Shown here: one piece after another, positions 1 through 11,525 of the stretch
Layout of the letters: every line of letters starts with the position of its first letter
Position numbering within the stretch: position 1 is the first letter of the stretch
Origin: Trichinella spiralis
Taxonomy: Eukaryota
Assembly (NCBI RefSeq): GCF_000181795.1
Contig: NW_003526941.1
Coordinates: 4,429,218-4,493,217 of the forward strand
DNA: 64,000 nt
Direction: 5' to 3'
Notes under the pieces: model-generated
Seen by the model: only the letters and a program-made list of their open reading frames with translations
Told to the model about the DNA's origin: nothing
Databases searched by the model: none
Program-made: the position numbers and the translations under genes

Positions 1-724
1 CATATTGGGTTGAATATGATTAACCTTAGTTCTAAGTCTTGCTCATTAAAACTTATGAATGCAAATTTTAAACCGTATTAGTCAGGATTTACCTGACTTT
101 CAAAAGTTCATAATTACAGTAGACTAATCGTCATTAGCTTGTATTGGTGTTTTTTTACTGTACACGTGACGGTAAGTTGCATAATATTAGGTTTATATTA
201 GTTTCTACACAGAATGTTAAAATTCTTATGACCATTTTTTATGTATGTTATATTTACTATTGACCAGAAAATTTATTGGTATAAATAAGTAATGGAAATT
301 TGTCGTTTACAATAATTCAACTTCAGTTTATTAACAAATACGTATTGCTTTAGCGGTTTCATGTATAGGAGCAAAAATTTCATTCGATATTTCTCTATCA
401 GTACCTTTAGAAAATTTTGGCTCATGTAACTTTACTGTGCATTTTTCGTTTTATTCTTTCTCAAAAAGCCATGAATAGTTAGTTCATTTTATTTTAAAAT
501 TATGGCTTTCAATTACAGAAACCATTATCCGGAAAAGAAAACATTCAAATACCTTATAAATGTTCAAAAATAACAGCCTAGTTTGTTGTGAAAAAAGAAA
601 CAAAGTCTAATAAGGGGACTTTTATCATGTTTTAAACTGCTACTTTTATTAAAAGTGTCATTTATATTGTCTGATTCGATTTTTACGGGTTATTTACAAT
701 TAATTGAATGTTATTTACATGTAG

Positions 725-2047
725 ATGTTGGCACTGAAAAGTGAAATTGAACGCAATGTAATAGCACATGTTGCTGAGGATGACGAAGTGCTTCTTCCAC
801 AAACAGGCATTATTTATTACAGAACTTTGTTGTTTGTTCAATAAAAGTTGTTTCAGTTTCCCAATTGTCATGCTCGTATAAATCTGGATATGGAGAATTT
901 AAGGGAGAAATTTACATAGTCGGTACAGGTCACTTCAGCAAGTCAAGCCGATGCGATGTTCAAGAGGCAGGTGATTCAGTTTGAATGGTATAATTTATTT
1001 TCAACGCTTCTCGAATTTCAGGTTATACGAAAAGTTAAACCACGCGCGATTGTGGTGGAATTGTGCGAAAGAAGAGACTTTCTACTCCATTATGATGAAG
1101 ATGTTCTAATGAGAGAACTTCAAACATCGGACACGTTCAAAAATATTAGGCAGTTTTTTAAAGAAGTACTCTTTAGGCTAAAAAATAAATATTACCAAAA
1201 AAAATAACATGTTTAGAATGGTATTGTATTTACTTTGGTGATGCTCTTGTTTAAAGCAATTAGTGGAAGCATGTCAAGACAACTTGGTACGTTTCCCGGC
1301 ACTGAATTCCGTGTTGCTTTTCAAGAAGTAAATTTACACGGTGACATGTGTTCTTATTTGTTTAATTATTTTTTTTAATTATTATTTTAGGCTTTGAAAT
1401 TGGATGCATGTTCGTTTTATTTGGGCGATCGCGATATATCAATTACATTTCACAGAGCTCTCGCGATGTTGAATATTTTCCAAAAATTGAAACTTTTGAT
1501 TTGTATGGTCAGATCAATGAACGCAGAAATAAAAACAGAAATGATGGAAACTTTCAAAGATAGGGATGTTTTGGACGAAGTTATACTAGGGATAACTGAA
1601 TGTTTTCCTTTGCTAGCCGAAGTGCTTATTAAAGAACGAGATCAATATTTGGCTCATAAGTTAAGATGTGCTTTTGCAGATTGTTGTTTAATGCAAAAAG
1701 AGCAGGGTATGTTTTTCTTCTTAACGTAATCAGTTGTATTTCTTTTTTTAACAATAACAACTTTTTAGAGAGGTATGAGCCAATCAAGATAGTATGCGTT
1801 GTTGGAATTGCACATGTGAAAGGGATTATAGCAAATTTTAACAACATAATCAACATTAGTGAATTGGAAAGGTAATAATAATCATATTTTTGTTATAATA
1901 GAATGAAACATTTTATATATTTATTTATTCATCGAAATTAGAATTCCCAGGCCAAAGCGTGACTGGCTGAAGACTGTGTTGAAATTTCTGTTTTACAGTT
2001 TGGTTTCCTATGGCACGTACCGATTTACGAAGCGATATTTTTGGTGA
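725..2047 (+). CDS. TRABD: TraB domain-containing protein (TRABD-like), about 7 exons
   Basis: Spliced translation gives LPQTVSQL...EIYIVGTGHFSKSSRCDVQEVIRKVKPRAIVVELCERR...LGTFPGTEFRVAFQE...LGDRDISITFHRA...LIKERDQYLAHKL...IVCVVGIAHVKGI, the TraB/PrgY motif series, plus a hydrophobic C-terminal tail ending TGA at 2045-2047. Exons about 725-806, 857-966, 1022-1165, 1217-1327, 1391-1706, 1769-1871, 1942-2047. The start codon is uncertain. Confidence 0.9.
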
Positions 2048-2241
2048 ATTTTATTTATCTTTTTTAAAAACATTTTTATCACAGTGACAAAGTGTATGCA
2101 GCGTTTTAAAATAAAAACTGCATTTTGAAGAATATTATCATTTTGACGGTTATTATCCGAATGAAGGGCTATTTTTATGTCAATTTCAAAATACTCAACT
2201 TATATTTATTTTTGTTCGCTTGTATTTTGTTGAGCTGAAAA

Positions 2242-3633
2242 ATGAAAATAACGACCTGGAATGTCAATGGCCTACGGTCAATAGTGGATATTCAGAAGAC
2301 GTTGTTGTCACTTGGTTGTGATATAATTTGTTTACAAGAGACCAAACTCACCTATGACACGTTGGATTCGAGTTTGGCACTGATCGACGGCTTCGATAGT
2401 TATTTTGCTTTTTGCCAAACGAGACGTGGCTATTCGGGTGTGGCAACTTATTGCAAAAGTGACTTTTCACCGGATTTGGTGTTCAACAATTTCCACGATT
2501 TGTATCGACAATTCCAATTCGCCCATCCAAATCGACAACATCTGGGTATTTTTGATAATTTCGATACGTTAGACAACGAAGGGCGTATGCTTGCGACTCG
2601 TCACAAATTGACCAATTGTAATAATGCCGAATATCTTTTCATTTTGAATATCTATTGTCCAAGGGTCGATCCGGAACAGATGGATCGTCAAAATTTTCGC
2701 CTAGCTTTTCTGAAATTGTTGCAACATTGTACAGAATGTCTGTTGAACAGTGGAAATTATGTACTAATTTTGGGCGACATGAATTTGTGCCACAAGCGTA
2801 TTGACCACTGCGATCCGGACCAAGAATTCGACACGGACGAAGCGAGAATATGGTTGTGCGAATTTTTGTACGACACCGATAAAAATGCCGACGGAAAAAT
2901 GGTCGACCTGTACCGTATCCATTATCCGAACAAGGGGAGAATGTTCACTTGTTGGAACAGTCAGAAACGGGCGCGAATTTTGAATTTCGGCACGCGCATC
3001 GACTACATCCTCGCCAATGTTGATCTAATTGATCGGTGCAGTTGTTGTGAAATTTTATCATCAATTCAAGGATCCGACCATTGTCCAGTGATGGCAGAAT
3101 TGTCGACCACGATCTCAGCCGCCGACGTCCAACTACCATTGAGCTCTAGAAAACGCTTCAGCTCGGTTGGAACTCAGCTATCGCTGTGGAAGTTTTTCAA
3201 AACCAACAATTCTACAATTCGTGAACCGGAAGAAACCGACGATCGACTAGTGTTGTTGAAAAAGCGAAGAAAAATTTCCAAATGTTTAACGTTGAAAGAT
3301 TTCTGGTCGACAAAAGACAACGCCCAACCTACAGTAAGCAGTGGATCGTCGTCGGTCACGGTAGAAGAACGTGAAGTGGACAGGGATGGTCTAGTTGACC
3401 AGTTGGACGAGGAAGAGAAATTGAGTCGCGTTGAAAATTGGAAAAAGCTATTCGGTGGAACGTCAACGTTTCGGCAAGCGCCTCTTTGCAAAGGACACGG
3501 CGAAAGGTGCGTTTTGCGATCGGTGAAAAAGGCGGGAAAAAATTTGAATCGAAAATTTTACTGTTGCCCAAGGCCGGTAGGTTTCAAAGACGACAAGCAA
3601 AGTAACTGTGATCATTTCCAGTGGGCAGATTAA
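2242..3633 (+). CDS. APEX2: AP endonuclease 2 (ExoIII/EEP domain, PIP box, zf-GRF), single exon
   Basis: Uninterrupted 463-aa ORF with TWNVNG, LQETK, GYSGVA, EGR, NIYCP, GDMN, FTCW, RIDY and GSDHCP motifs. PIP-like QLSLWKFF at 3175-3198 and a C-terminal GRF zinc finger (PLCKGHGERC...RKFYCC...CDHFQW) distinguish APE2 from APE1. Confidence 0.95.
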   Translation: MKITTWNVNGLRSIVDIQKTLLSLGCDIICLQETKLTYDTLDSSLALIDGFDSYFAFCQTRRGYSGVATYCKSDFSPDLVFNNFHDLYRQFQFAHPNRQHLGIFDNFDTLDNEGRMLATRHKLTNCNNAEYLFILNIYCPRVDPEQMDRQNFRLAFLKLLQHCTECLLNSGNYVLILGDMNLCHKRIDHCDPDQEFDTDEARIWLCEFLYDTDKNADGKMVDLYRIHYPNKGRMFTCWNSQKRARILNFGTRIDYILANVDLIDRCSCCEILSSIQGSDHCPVMAELSTTISAADVQLPLSSRKRFSSVGTQLSLWKFFKTNNSTIREPEETDDRLVLLKKRRKISKCLTLKDFWSTKDNAQPTVSSGSSSVTVEEREVDRDGLVDQLDEEEKLSRVENWKKLFGGTSTFRQAPLCKGHGERCVLRSVKKAGKNLNRKFYCCPRPVGFKDDKQSNCDHFQWAD

Positions 3634-4404
3634 ATTTTTTTTTTCATTACTTGTCATTAATCGAATGGTCATGTTCGAAAACACAACTGAATACTGTATA
3701 GTACAGTACACTTTTTACGATCGAAAAGAAATTATTATTGGATAATGTAAAAAAATGATTCACGAAAATAAAAACAATTTTCTTAAATTATTTGCAATCA
3801 AAACACTATTTTTGATAATTAATCTAAAAATCAACATTAAATGTGATGATATTTGGAAATTATTTTAAGCTGTATACAATTTGCGTATGATCACATTTCT
3901 AATAGAATAAAAGTCAGAAAGAGACAGAGAATAGATAAGCAAAGGACAAACATGCGCGACTGGTACGAAGTCAAAAGTGGAAGGTTAAATTGTTCGATTG
4001 TGCAAGAAAGAAGAGATGAATATCCTGCGCAAGAAAGCTCAATATCAGCAGACAAAAATCAATTGTTTAATATTATTTTCGAGGACTACAAGTGGAAGAA
4101 ACTAGTCCGGATGTAGAGAAAGAGTGATAAAGAGAGGAGAGAGTTAGTTGACAGTGAGAAAATGACACCTATTGCTAGGTGAAACAAGTGACTAACCCCG
4201 ATTGAAACTGGTACGAAGAGCTGTGACCACCTATGACAGCAGCTTTTTATTCACGTCAAAATGGAAAATGGTAAAATTTCAACCAGCACTAAAAAGCACC
4301 AAAGAAACCAGCATTACAATCGGGCAGATATTACGCAAGAATACCAGTTTTCATTTTTATATGCCAAGAAGCGAATGGTGCTTTTTATCCTGTTTTTAAA
4401 TTAG

Positions 4405-4838
4405 CACGTGCAAATTTAATTTCCTAATTTGCCCACGTTTACACTAGCGTTGAACAGTCTGGCAAACTATGGTAAGCGGTGAATCGATTTCTTCGAGCTC
4501 CGATGTAAGCTGCACATCCCCTGCATTTACTGATCAATCTGCCGAAGATACTCTGCAATCCAGGTAAAAACTATTCATTCGATCAACAATAATAATTATT
4601 AATCGAAACTTTTTTCTCTGTAAACTTTGCATCCATGCGTGGATTGTTCACAAGTGTTCCAATCAATTTTGATTAAAAAGTATCATAAACAAAATTGCAT
4701 ACAAAAAAAATATGATTCACGTTGAATTATTCCACACTGAAAATGCTTACTTACTCAGCTTGGTTTGAAAAATATGACAAACGCCCGATGATCTCACGTT
4801 CAATGTCTCTATTTAAATCATTCACGCAATTTCACGTT
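4405..4838. promoter_or_regulatory. E-box cluster around cwo start and first intron
   Basis: CACGTG at 4405-4410 and CACGTT at 4434, 4718, 4795 and 4833 in a very AT-rich background. Confidence 0.35.
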
Positions 4839-7838
4839 TCACAAATATTACTACTAACAACAACAATTCAAGATCGAATACCATATCATTTGATTAATTT
4901 CACTTTATAATGTACAAAAGGTAATTAAATCGAATAATCACAGCAATCTTTCCTGCTTATCAAGTCTTGTTTATTTTTTTTTGTTCTGTTTAATTTTAGC
5001 AATGAAAGCTACACTCCACCGCATCCAACTTCAACTACTGAAATTGGCTATTTGCCAACGAACACATGCTATCCGCCAACTGACGATTTTGACAACGGAG
5101 CATATACAAATCGCCAATCGAGAGTATGCAAATTTTTCACATTCACATTCAATTAAGCATACAAACACACCAGACATTTTATCAAACCTATACGACTACG
5201 TTCTGCTTTTTTTTGATAATAAGCTACAGTTGTGGAAATAACTTCACAAATTATTCTTACATTTGTTTTCAAAAATTGAACACATACAAGAAACAAATAT
5301 TTTTATCTGATTTATGAAAAAATTTTCACAAATTTTGTTTTACAAAACACACTTTTATCAAAAGTTAAGAAAAATTAACAAGAAATGATCAGAAAATTTT
5401 GAAATGCGGTCCCAATTTCGAGTATTGAAAAACGAAGATTAATTAGCATAACCGATTAATTAATTCATTGACTTTTTGGACACTATTCTATAAATAATGT
5501 ATACAGCAGGTAATTTTAAAAATAAATAATAAATAAAAATTTTCTTTTATTTACACGCATTTTTTACATTTCACATTACACGCATTTTTAAATTACGTTG
5601 CTCTACTACTGTTTATCATTGTGAAATGGATAATTGCGTAAAGAAAGTGACGAATGTTTAAATTTTCTATTGACAATAAAACGAGAGTTTTATTTAACAA
5701 ATGACAAGCATAACAAATTTATATTTCTAAAATTTCAATCATCCACCTTACGTAAACGATAGACATATATGTATTTGCTTGCTTATTTAATCTGCCAATA
5801 TGCATATAGATTACTAAATTTGTATTTTTAGCTATTTTCGTTTCAATCAAAAATCTTTTCATTGACAGCATAATTTGTAACATTATTTGATTTGATTAAA
5901 CAAATTCTTTTGATTCGCCTTTTAGGATTTACTGTCACATCGGATAATCGAAAAACGCCGTCGTGATCGCATGAACAATTGTCTAACAAATCTGAGTAAA
6001 CTGATCCCAACTACATATTTGAGAAAAGTGATTATTTTCAAATAATTCATTCCTCACACAAATATTATGCGTATATTTTTTTTCTTTTTTTTGTTACAGA
6101 GCCGAGGCAGAGTAGAGAAAACAGAAATTGTTGAAATGGCAATCCGCTACATCAAACATTTCAAGCAAAATAATTTACGTGAAACGTCAGGTAAATTATT
6201 AATTTAAAAAATTTACATTTTTTAAAAGTAGAAACAATTTTTTCCTTACCTAAAATTGTATTTATGAGTTTCTGCGTTGTAAACTGCGTGTGTCAGTCCA
6301 AGGTCGTGCTGCTAGGCGCAAGGTTGTACAACAATGCCGTGTCATGAGGTGATTTTCGCCTAGGAGCAGAGGACTTTCAACTTGAAATTTCAAAGTTCAA
6401 CGAAAGTAAAGTTTAAACCTGTTAAACAAAGAAAATTGAAAAATATAGTGCCGTCACAGTTTGACCTATAATAAATCGATTTTTAGTTTAGTTGGCAGAA
6501 AAAAAGGTTTACCTTATTATTATGCATTTTAACTAATAATAATGTTATTATTAAAAAAAATTTGGTTGCGGCATACAACTGATTATTTTTATCAATGTAT
6601 TGTTCGATGAACAATTTACGCGTTACAATTGTTCGCACAATAATATAGTAGGCAAGAAATTCATCTGGAATGCAGAAAACGATATTTTTTTACACAATTA
6701 TTTAATTAAATATATTAGATTGATTTTTAAAACATACTACATGTAAACAATATTTCAGATAAAAATTTTATGATATTTTTCAACTTTATTCATTCATATA
6801 TGAAAACATCAACATACAGTATACGTTGACTATTAATTCAGGTTTTAACTGAATTTCCAGCCATTCTACGTTAATTGTATTATTTGAAATTATTTTTTTT
6901 TTCTTCTATTTCACATTAACTTGAAATTATTTATACAGATGGCCATTCAAAAGTGGACCAGTGTGTTAGTACTGACTCTCATAAACAGTTAGGTAATGCT
7001 GATCATGATCGGAAAATAAATTTTTGCAAAGTTTCAATGTTAATATTTAAATTTAGAACAATCAAAACAACAATTCGAACGTTACAAACAAGGCTTTTAT
7101 GATTGTATTGCGGAAACTCTGAGACTTCTGATTGGAGCAGATGGACTAACTGTTAATGATCAATTAAAGTCAAGACTTTTGAAATCACTTTGTCAATATT
7201 TTGAACATGTAACCAACAGAGGTAAGAGTTATGAAGAGTTTTGATTAATAAATTAAAAAAAAATTGTATTTCAAATAAATTTCCAAGAAAGTGAAGATCA
7301 GTACGACAAGTGGAATGTTGATAATGGAAAATTGAAATGGAATGAGCAAGATTTCAACCGAAAACCTGTTGCTTCTTACGCAGACCCACTTTGTGCAGAA
7401 ATTATAGATTCTTTCAAACCAAATCGTAGTCATTCTTCAGCTTTATTGAACCACATTCTCCCATACCACTTTAAATGTGATAGCAATAGAAATTTCGAAG
7501 CCGCCTTTTCCAGTGATCCCCTTCGTACTGTCAATTATCCAAACTGCGAACGAACAGTGCTCCAGAATTCCACAGCTTCTTCAATGTCTTCTTACCAAAT
7601 TCCCAACAGATCTCTTGCGTCAAATGAAAGAATTATCAGCGTTGGTGGACCAAATTTGCCGGCTTTTGTTTTGCACCCATCTGGAATGTTTTACCTGGCT
7701 ACGAACATCAAACTAGCATACTTGGACAGAGATGTAATTGGACGATTTATGCGAGCCGACACTTCTGCCGAGGGTCGTGCAAGCGCACTGGCGTTCAGCC
7801 ATCCCGTAGCTATTAACGTCAGCTTTTCTAACGCATAA
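4469..7838 (+). CDS. cwo: Clockwork orange-like bHLH-Orange transcription factor, 7 exons
   Basis: Phase-consistent exons about 4469-4563, 5000-5123, 5926-6027, 6099-6190, 6939-6991, 7057-7221, 7288-7838. b[31 protein letters not shown]...[20 protein letters not shown] closely resembles insect CWO. Orange domain [16 protein letters not shown] and C-terminal [11 protein letters not shown]...HPVAINV are present, with no WRPW tail. Confidence 0.85.
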
Positions 7839-8206
7839 TAAACGCTTAAACGGCATGCTAATTACATTTCCGTTTCACGTTTAAGATAAAATAAACGCCA
7901 CATATATTTCTAGTGAAAATTGCTTTTATTAAAACTGATAACTATATTAAATATTGTACAGATTTTTATCATTAAGATTGAATTATTCGAATTATTATTA
8001 CAACAAAAACCTTATTAACCGCTTATACAGTAATGTAGAAACACTTGAAAATCAATTACTGTGCAGAGCAGTTCTGACGTGCGTATGTAAATAGCCTACT
8101 TTTACAAATGTAGAATATGAGAAATTGGAAATAATTTTAATCATAAAATGTACACAATTGTGTTTCACACACTGGACTTTATTCGTAATTATTTCTTTTA
8201 CTGAAA

Positions 8207-10156
8207 ATGGATGACGATTCGCCCCCGTTCAAGCGTTTGCGTATCGATCGTGAATTTGAAGATGAGCAAAACTTTCTCTCGGACTGTTCAAATATTTCGA
8301 AGAAATCAGAAAAAACTGAAAGTGTTGATGCTGATTTAAGCTTAACAGAATTGAATTCTATGAGAACCAAAGCAAAGTTGTACATTGAATTTATTCGACT
8401 TCAACATTATTCCGCAATTCACTCTTCCGAAATGCGAAAATTGTCTAAAGATATTGACGTATTATTTTCTTTTATTTTTGCATTTAGTTAATATTTATCT
8501 ACCACGCAATTTTATTTTTTAATTTATAAAGTATGAATGTTATTATAAAATTGTTTTGAACTTAATATTTTGACTCAGTGAATAACAAAATGCAATATGA
8601 ATCATTTAGTTATGTAAAATTGAAAATATTGCTTCAAAAAAGGACAAGGATCATCCAAGAAACAATAAAATATCGTCTATTAATGACGAAGCTTTAAAAT
8701 ACATACCTTGTAATATCAAGCAGACATTGGAACAATACGAAAATGAAGAAGCAGTTTCGTATAGCAAACTACAGAAGGTTTGTTTTCATTTTTTGTACTC
8801 TTTTATGTGATTAATTCTTTCTGAATCGTAACATTTTTATTGAAATTTTTAGATTGTGGATCATCTGAAAAATGAAATTCAAGACTTGAACATATCTGGC
8901 AATGATTGCCATGCAGATTTACATTCACTTTTTGAAGATGAAAAATTTCTTGATAATATTTTGCAATGCCTTGAAGAGAACTTGATGAATGAAAATGAAA
9001 AGCTGGACGAAGAAAACAATGTAATATTAAATTAATTTATGCAAAAATAAGCATTCATTCAAGAAATTTTTAGCAGAGTAATGAAACAGATATGGAGAGT
9101 GTAACAGACACGTTTCCAATTGATGAAGAGATTAGAGAAGGACCAGACGAAGATTTATAGTAATGCAGATTTTTGTTTTTTTTGCTTGTTTCATTTAGTA
9201 ATTTTGCAGTTGTACTTATGAAGAATATTTGCATAAACATATCGAAGAATCGCAAAATACAATAAAGAATATTGACGATCAAATAAAGTTCTACAAAGTG
9301 GAATATAAAGCTTGAAATTTTATATCAGTGTATTACTTTTATCATTCACTTTCAGGCAAGCATCGTTTATTTGCAATACGTACTACGTCACGGAAAAAAT
9401 GCATATGAAGAGCTATTTAAAATGAGCAAGCAGTTCAGAAAGGCTAAGAAAGGGCTTATATCTGAAAAGAGTAACGAACATATCAAGTAAGCTTTTTATA
9501 CTGTCTAGAACTTTGTTAAAAATTTATTTTCAATTCCCTCCAACTTCGTTTTCTTCGGTCAGAATTATTGTCGCATTTTCTTATTGGTTGTTAGAAGTCC
9601 AGTTCTCATTGGATGCTAATGGCGTAACCTCTCATTACAAGTAATCAAAAATTTGGACCAATGAAATGAAAACTATTGGAGATAATCAACACAGAATAAA
9701 TTGAATCAATAAACGGTTAGACAAGAGAACCCATCTTATTGCATCATGAGTATGCAAAGAGAAGTTACGCCATTAGCATCCAATGAGAACTGGACTTTTA
9801 ACAACCAGTAAGAGAACGTCAAAAATCCAAACCTGAGATGACTATCCCATTCCATTTCCTCCGCATATGATTTTCATTATTTGTAGTTTCTTCAAAGAAA
9901 AATCGAAGACGCACACTATGACAATGTCGGAAACTGGCAGTTCCACCTCCGCTCTAGTAGTACTTGATGATCAGGTATTTATAGTTCAGACAGTCGCAAA
10001 TACAAATTTCAAGATAAATATTCTATTAACAAACAACATTCACAAGGTATTTGCTTGTACTTATCTTATACTTTTTAGGCTGATTATGATTTGGAGAAAA
10101 TAAAAGTATTTCATTTAACCGAAAATCCGCTTGCCATGCATATTGTCGAAGCATAA
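8207..10156 (+). CDS. Hypothetical acidic/coiled-coil protein, about 8 exons
   Basis: GT-AG bounded, phase-compatible exons from MDDDSPPFKRLRID (NLS-like) through ...YEEYLHKHIEESQNTIKNIDDQIKFYK|ASIVYLQYVLRHG... to ...HIVEA* (TAA 10154-10156). No family recognised. Confidence 0.65.
9576..9816. mobile_element. MITE-like foldback element in an intron
   Basis: About 58-bp terminal inverted repeats, 9576-9633 vs 9759-9816 (core AAGTCCAGTTCTCATTGGATGCTAATGGCGTAAC perfectly inverted, about 4 mismatches overall), around a ~125-bp non-coding spacer. No clear TSD. Confidence 0.6.
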
Positions 10157-10335
10157 AATATAACTGTGATTTTGTTTTGATCTTTAATACTTTTGCTATT
10201 ATTGCTTAATTTCTTATCTTTAGAAAAATGTTTTGAGTTGCAATGCTTTATGATTAAATTGTCATAAAAAACCTTTATCATAATCATTTGTCTCTTTATT
10301 CATCACATACAATTGTTATTCATTGCAAAAATATT

Positions 10336-11120
10336 TTAACTAATAGCAGGACGAACTATTTCAATTCCTTCCATATTTCCGAAACCCTAAAATTGACAAA
10401 ATTACAAACTAGAAAAGTGAAAACGATAAATAAATAAGTAAAAAATACTAATGAATCTAGCAAAGCTTTTGTTTCTTCATCAATGTTTAACGTTTCCACG
10501 GATAAGGCAGAAACCTACAAGAAATTGTTTAAACTTTCTACTCAGTTTAAATATAACTTGCACTAAAGTGCGTTTCACATACATCTGGCACATAGTTGTC
10601 ACGACGTTCACGCTCCTCTTCTTGCAATTTGATAGATATTCCTCTGACTGGACCTTTCTGAATGCGTTTCATTAAATGAGTTGTAAATCTAAATAACATA
10701 CACTAAGAAACCCGCTGAGTATTTCATGAGTGTATAATTTGATTCATATCACATTCACATATTCATTCATTCATTCATATTCATTCACATTAATATAAAA
10801 TAAATTTAATTTATATTTAAGTAACTGAAATAAATTCACTGAAAAAATTGAAAAAGAAATACGATTTTTCAAAAAAAGTTGAAAGTTATTTCTGATAAAA
10901 AAGTTACCCAGCAATTTTATTTCGCATCCTTTTGCTTGGAACAATCGCTATCTCGTCAACGATTCTTTTGTTTGTGTGAAAATCGAATCCAAGTCTAGTG
11001 TAGTATCTGTTGATGATTGTCCGAGCAGCTTTCTTAATAGTTTTCGTACGAACACGACCCTAAATTTATTTATTAAATTAAACTTTGAAAGAAATATAAA
11101 TTTAATAATTGGCATACCAT
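10336..11120 (-). CDS. RPS17: 40S ribosomal protein S17 (eS17), 5 exons, first coding exon is ATG only
   Basis: Absent from the ORF track. Manual splicing gives [125 protein letters not shown]. Confidence 0.97.
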
Positions 11121-11525
11121 TTTGAAAATTAACTCTGTTTTTCTGTAATATCCAAGTCAGCGTGATCAGTATACGGTAATTAAAGTATAATGTGGTTTTA
11201 ACAAGTATACTGTATTATATGGCAATTAAAAGCGCATTATATACAATACTCAAATGTAAAATTTATTTAAATTGTATAAATTTAAATTATTTATTTTTAT
11301 TTTATGAAATTATAAAAAAATCAACAGAATTTTCCTTTTGTTAAGTTTGCAAAAAGCCGCTGCAGCATTACATTCGAACATAGCGCGTAGCATTTCACAT
11401 GAAGTTTTTTCTTGGTATTTTTTTCTTTTTTGCTTACATTTGTAGTATTAATTGAAATTTCATTATAAATTTATGTACTTGTTTTTACTTTTCCAAAAAA
11501 AACATGAACATATAACAATAAACAT

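Noticed and set aside
8207..9020. DAXX-like identity for the hypothetical protein
   Set aside because: Only a vague resemblance by eye; the diagnostic motifs were not found.
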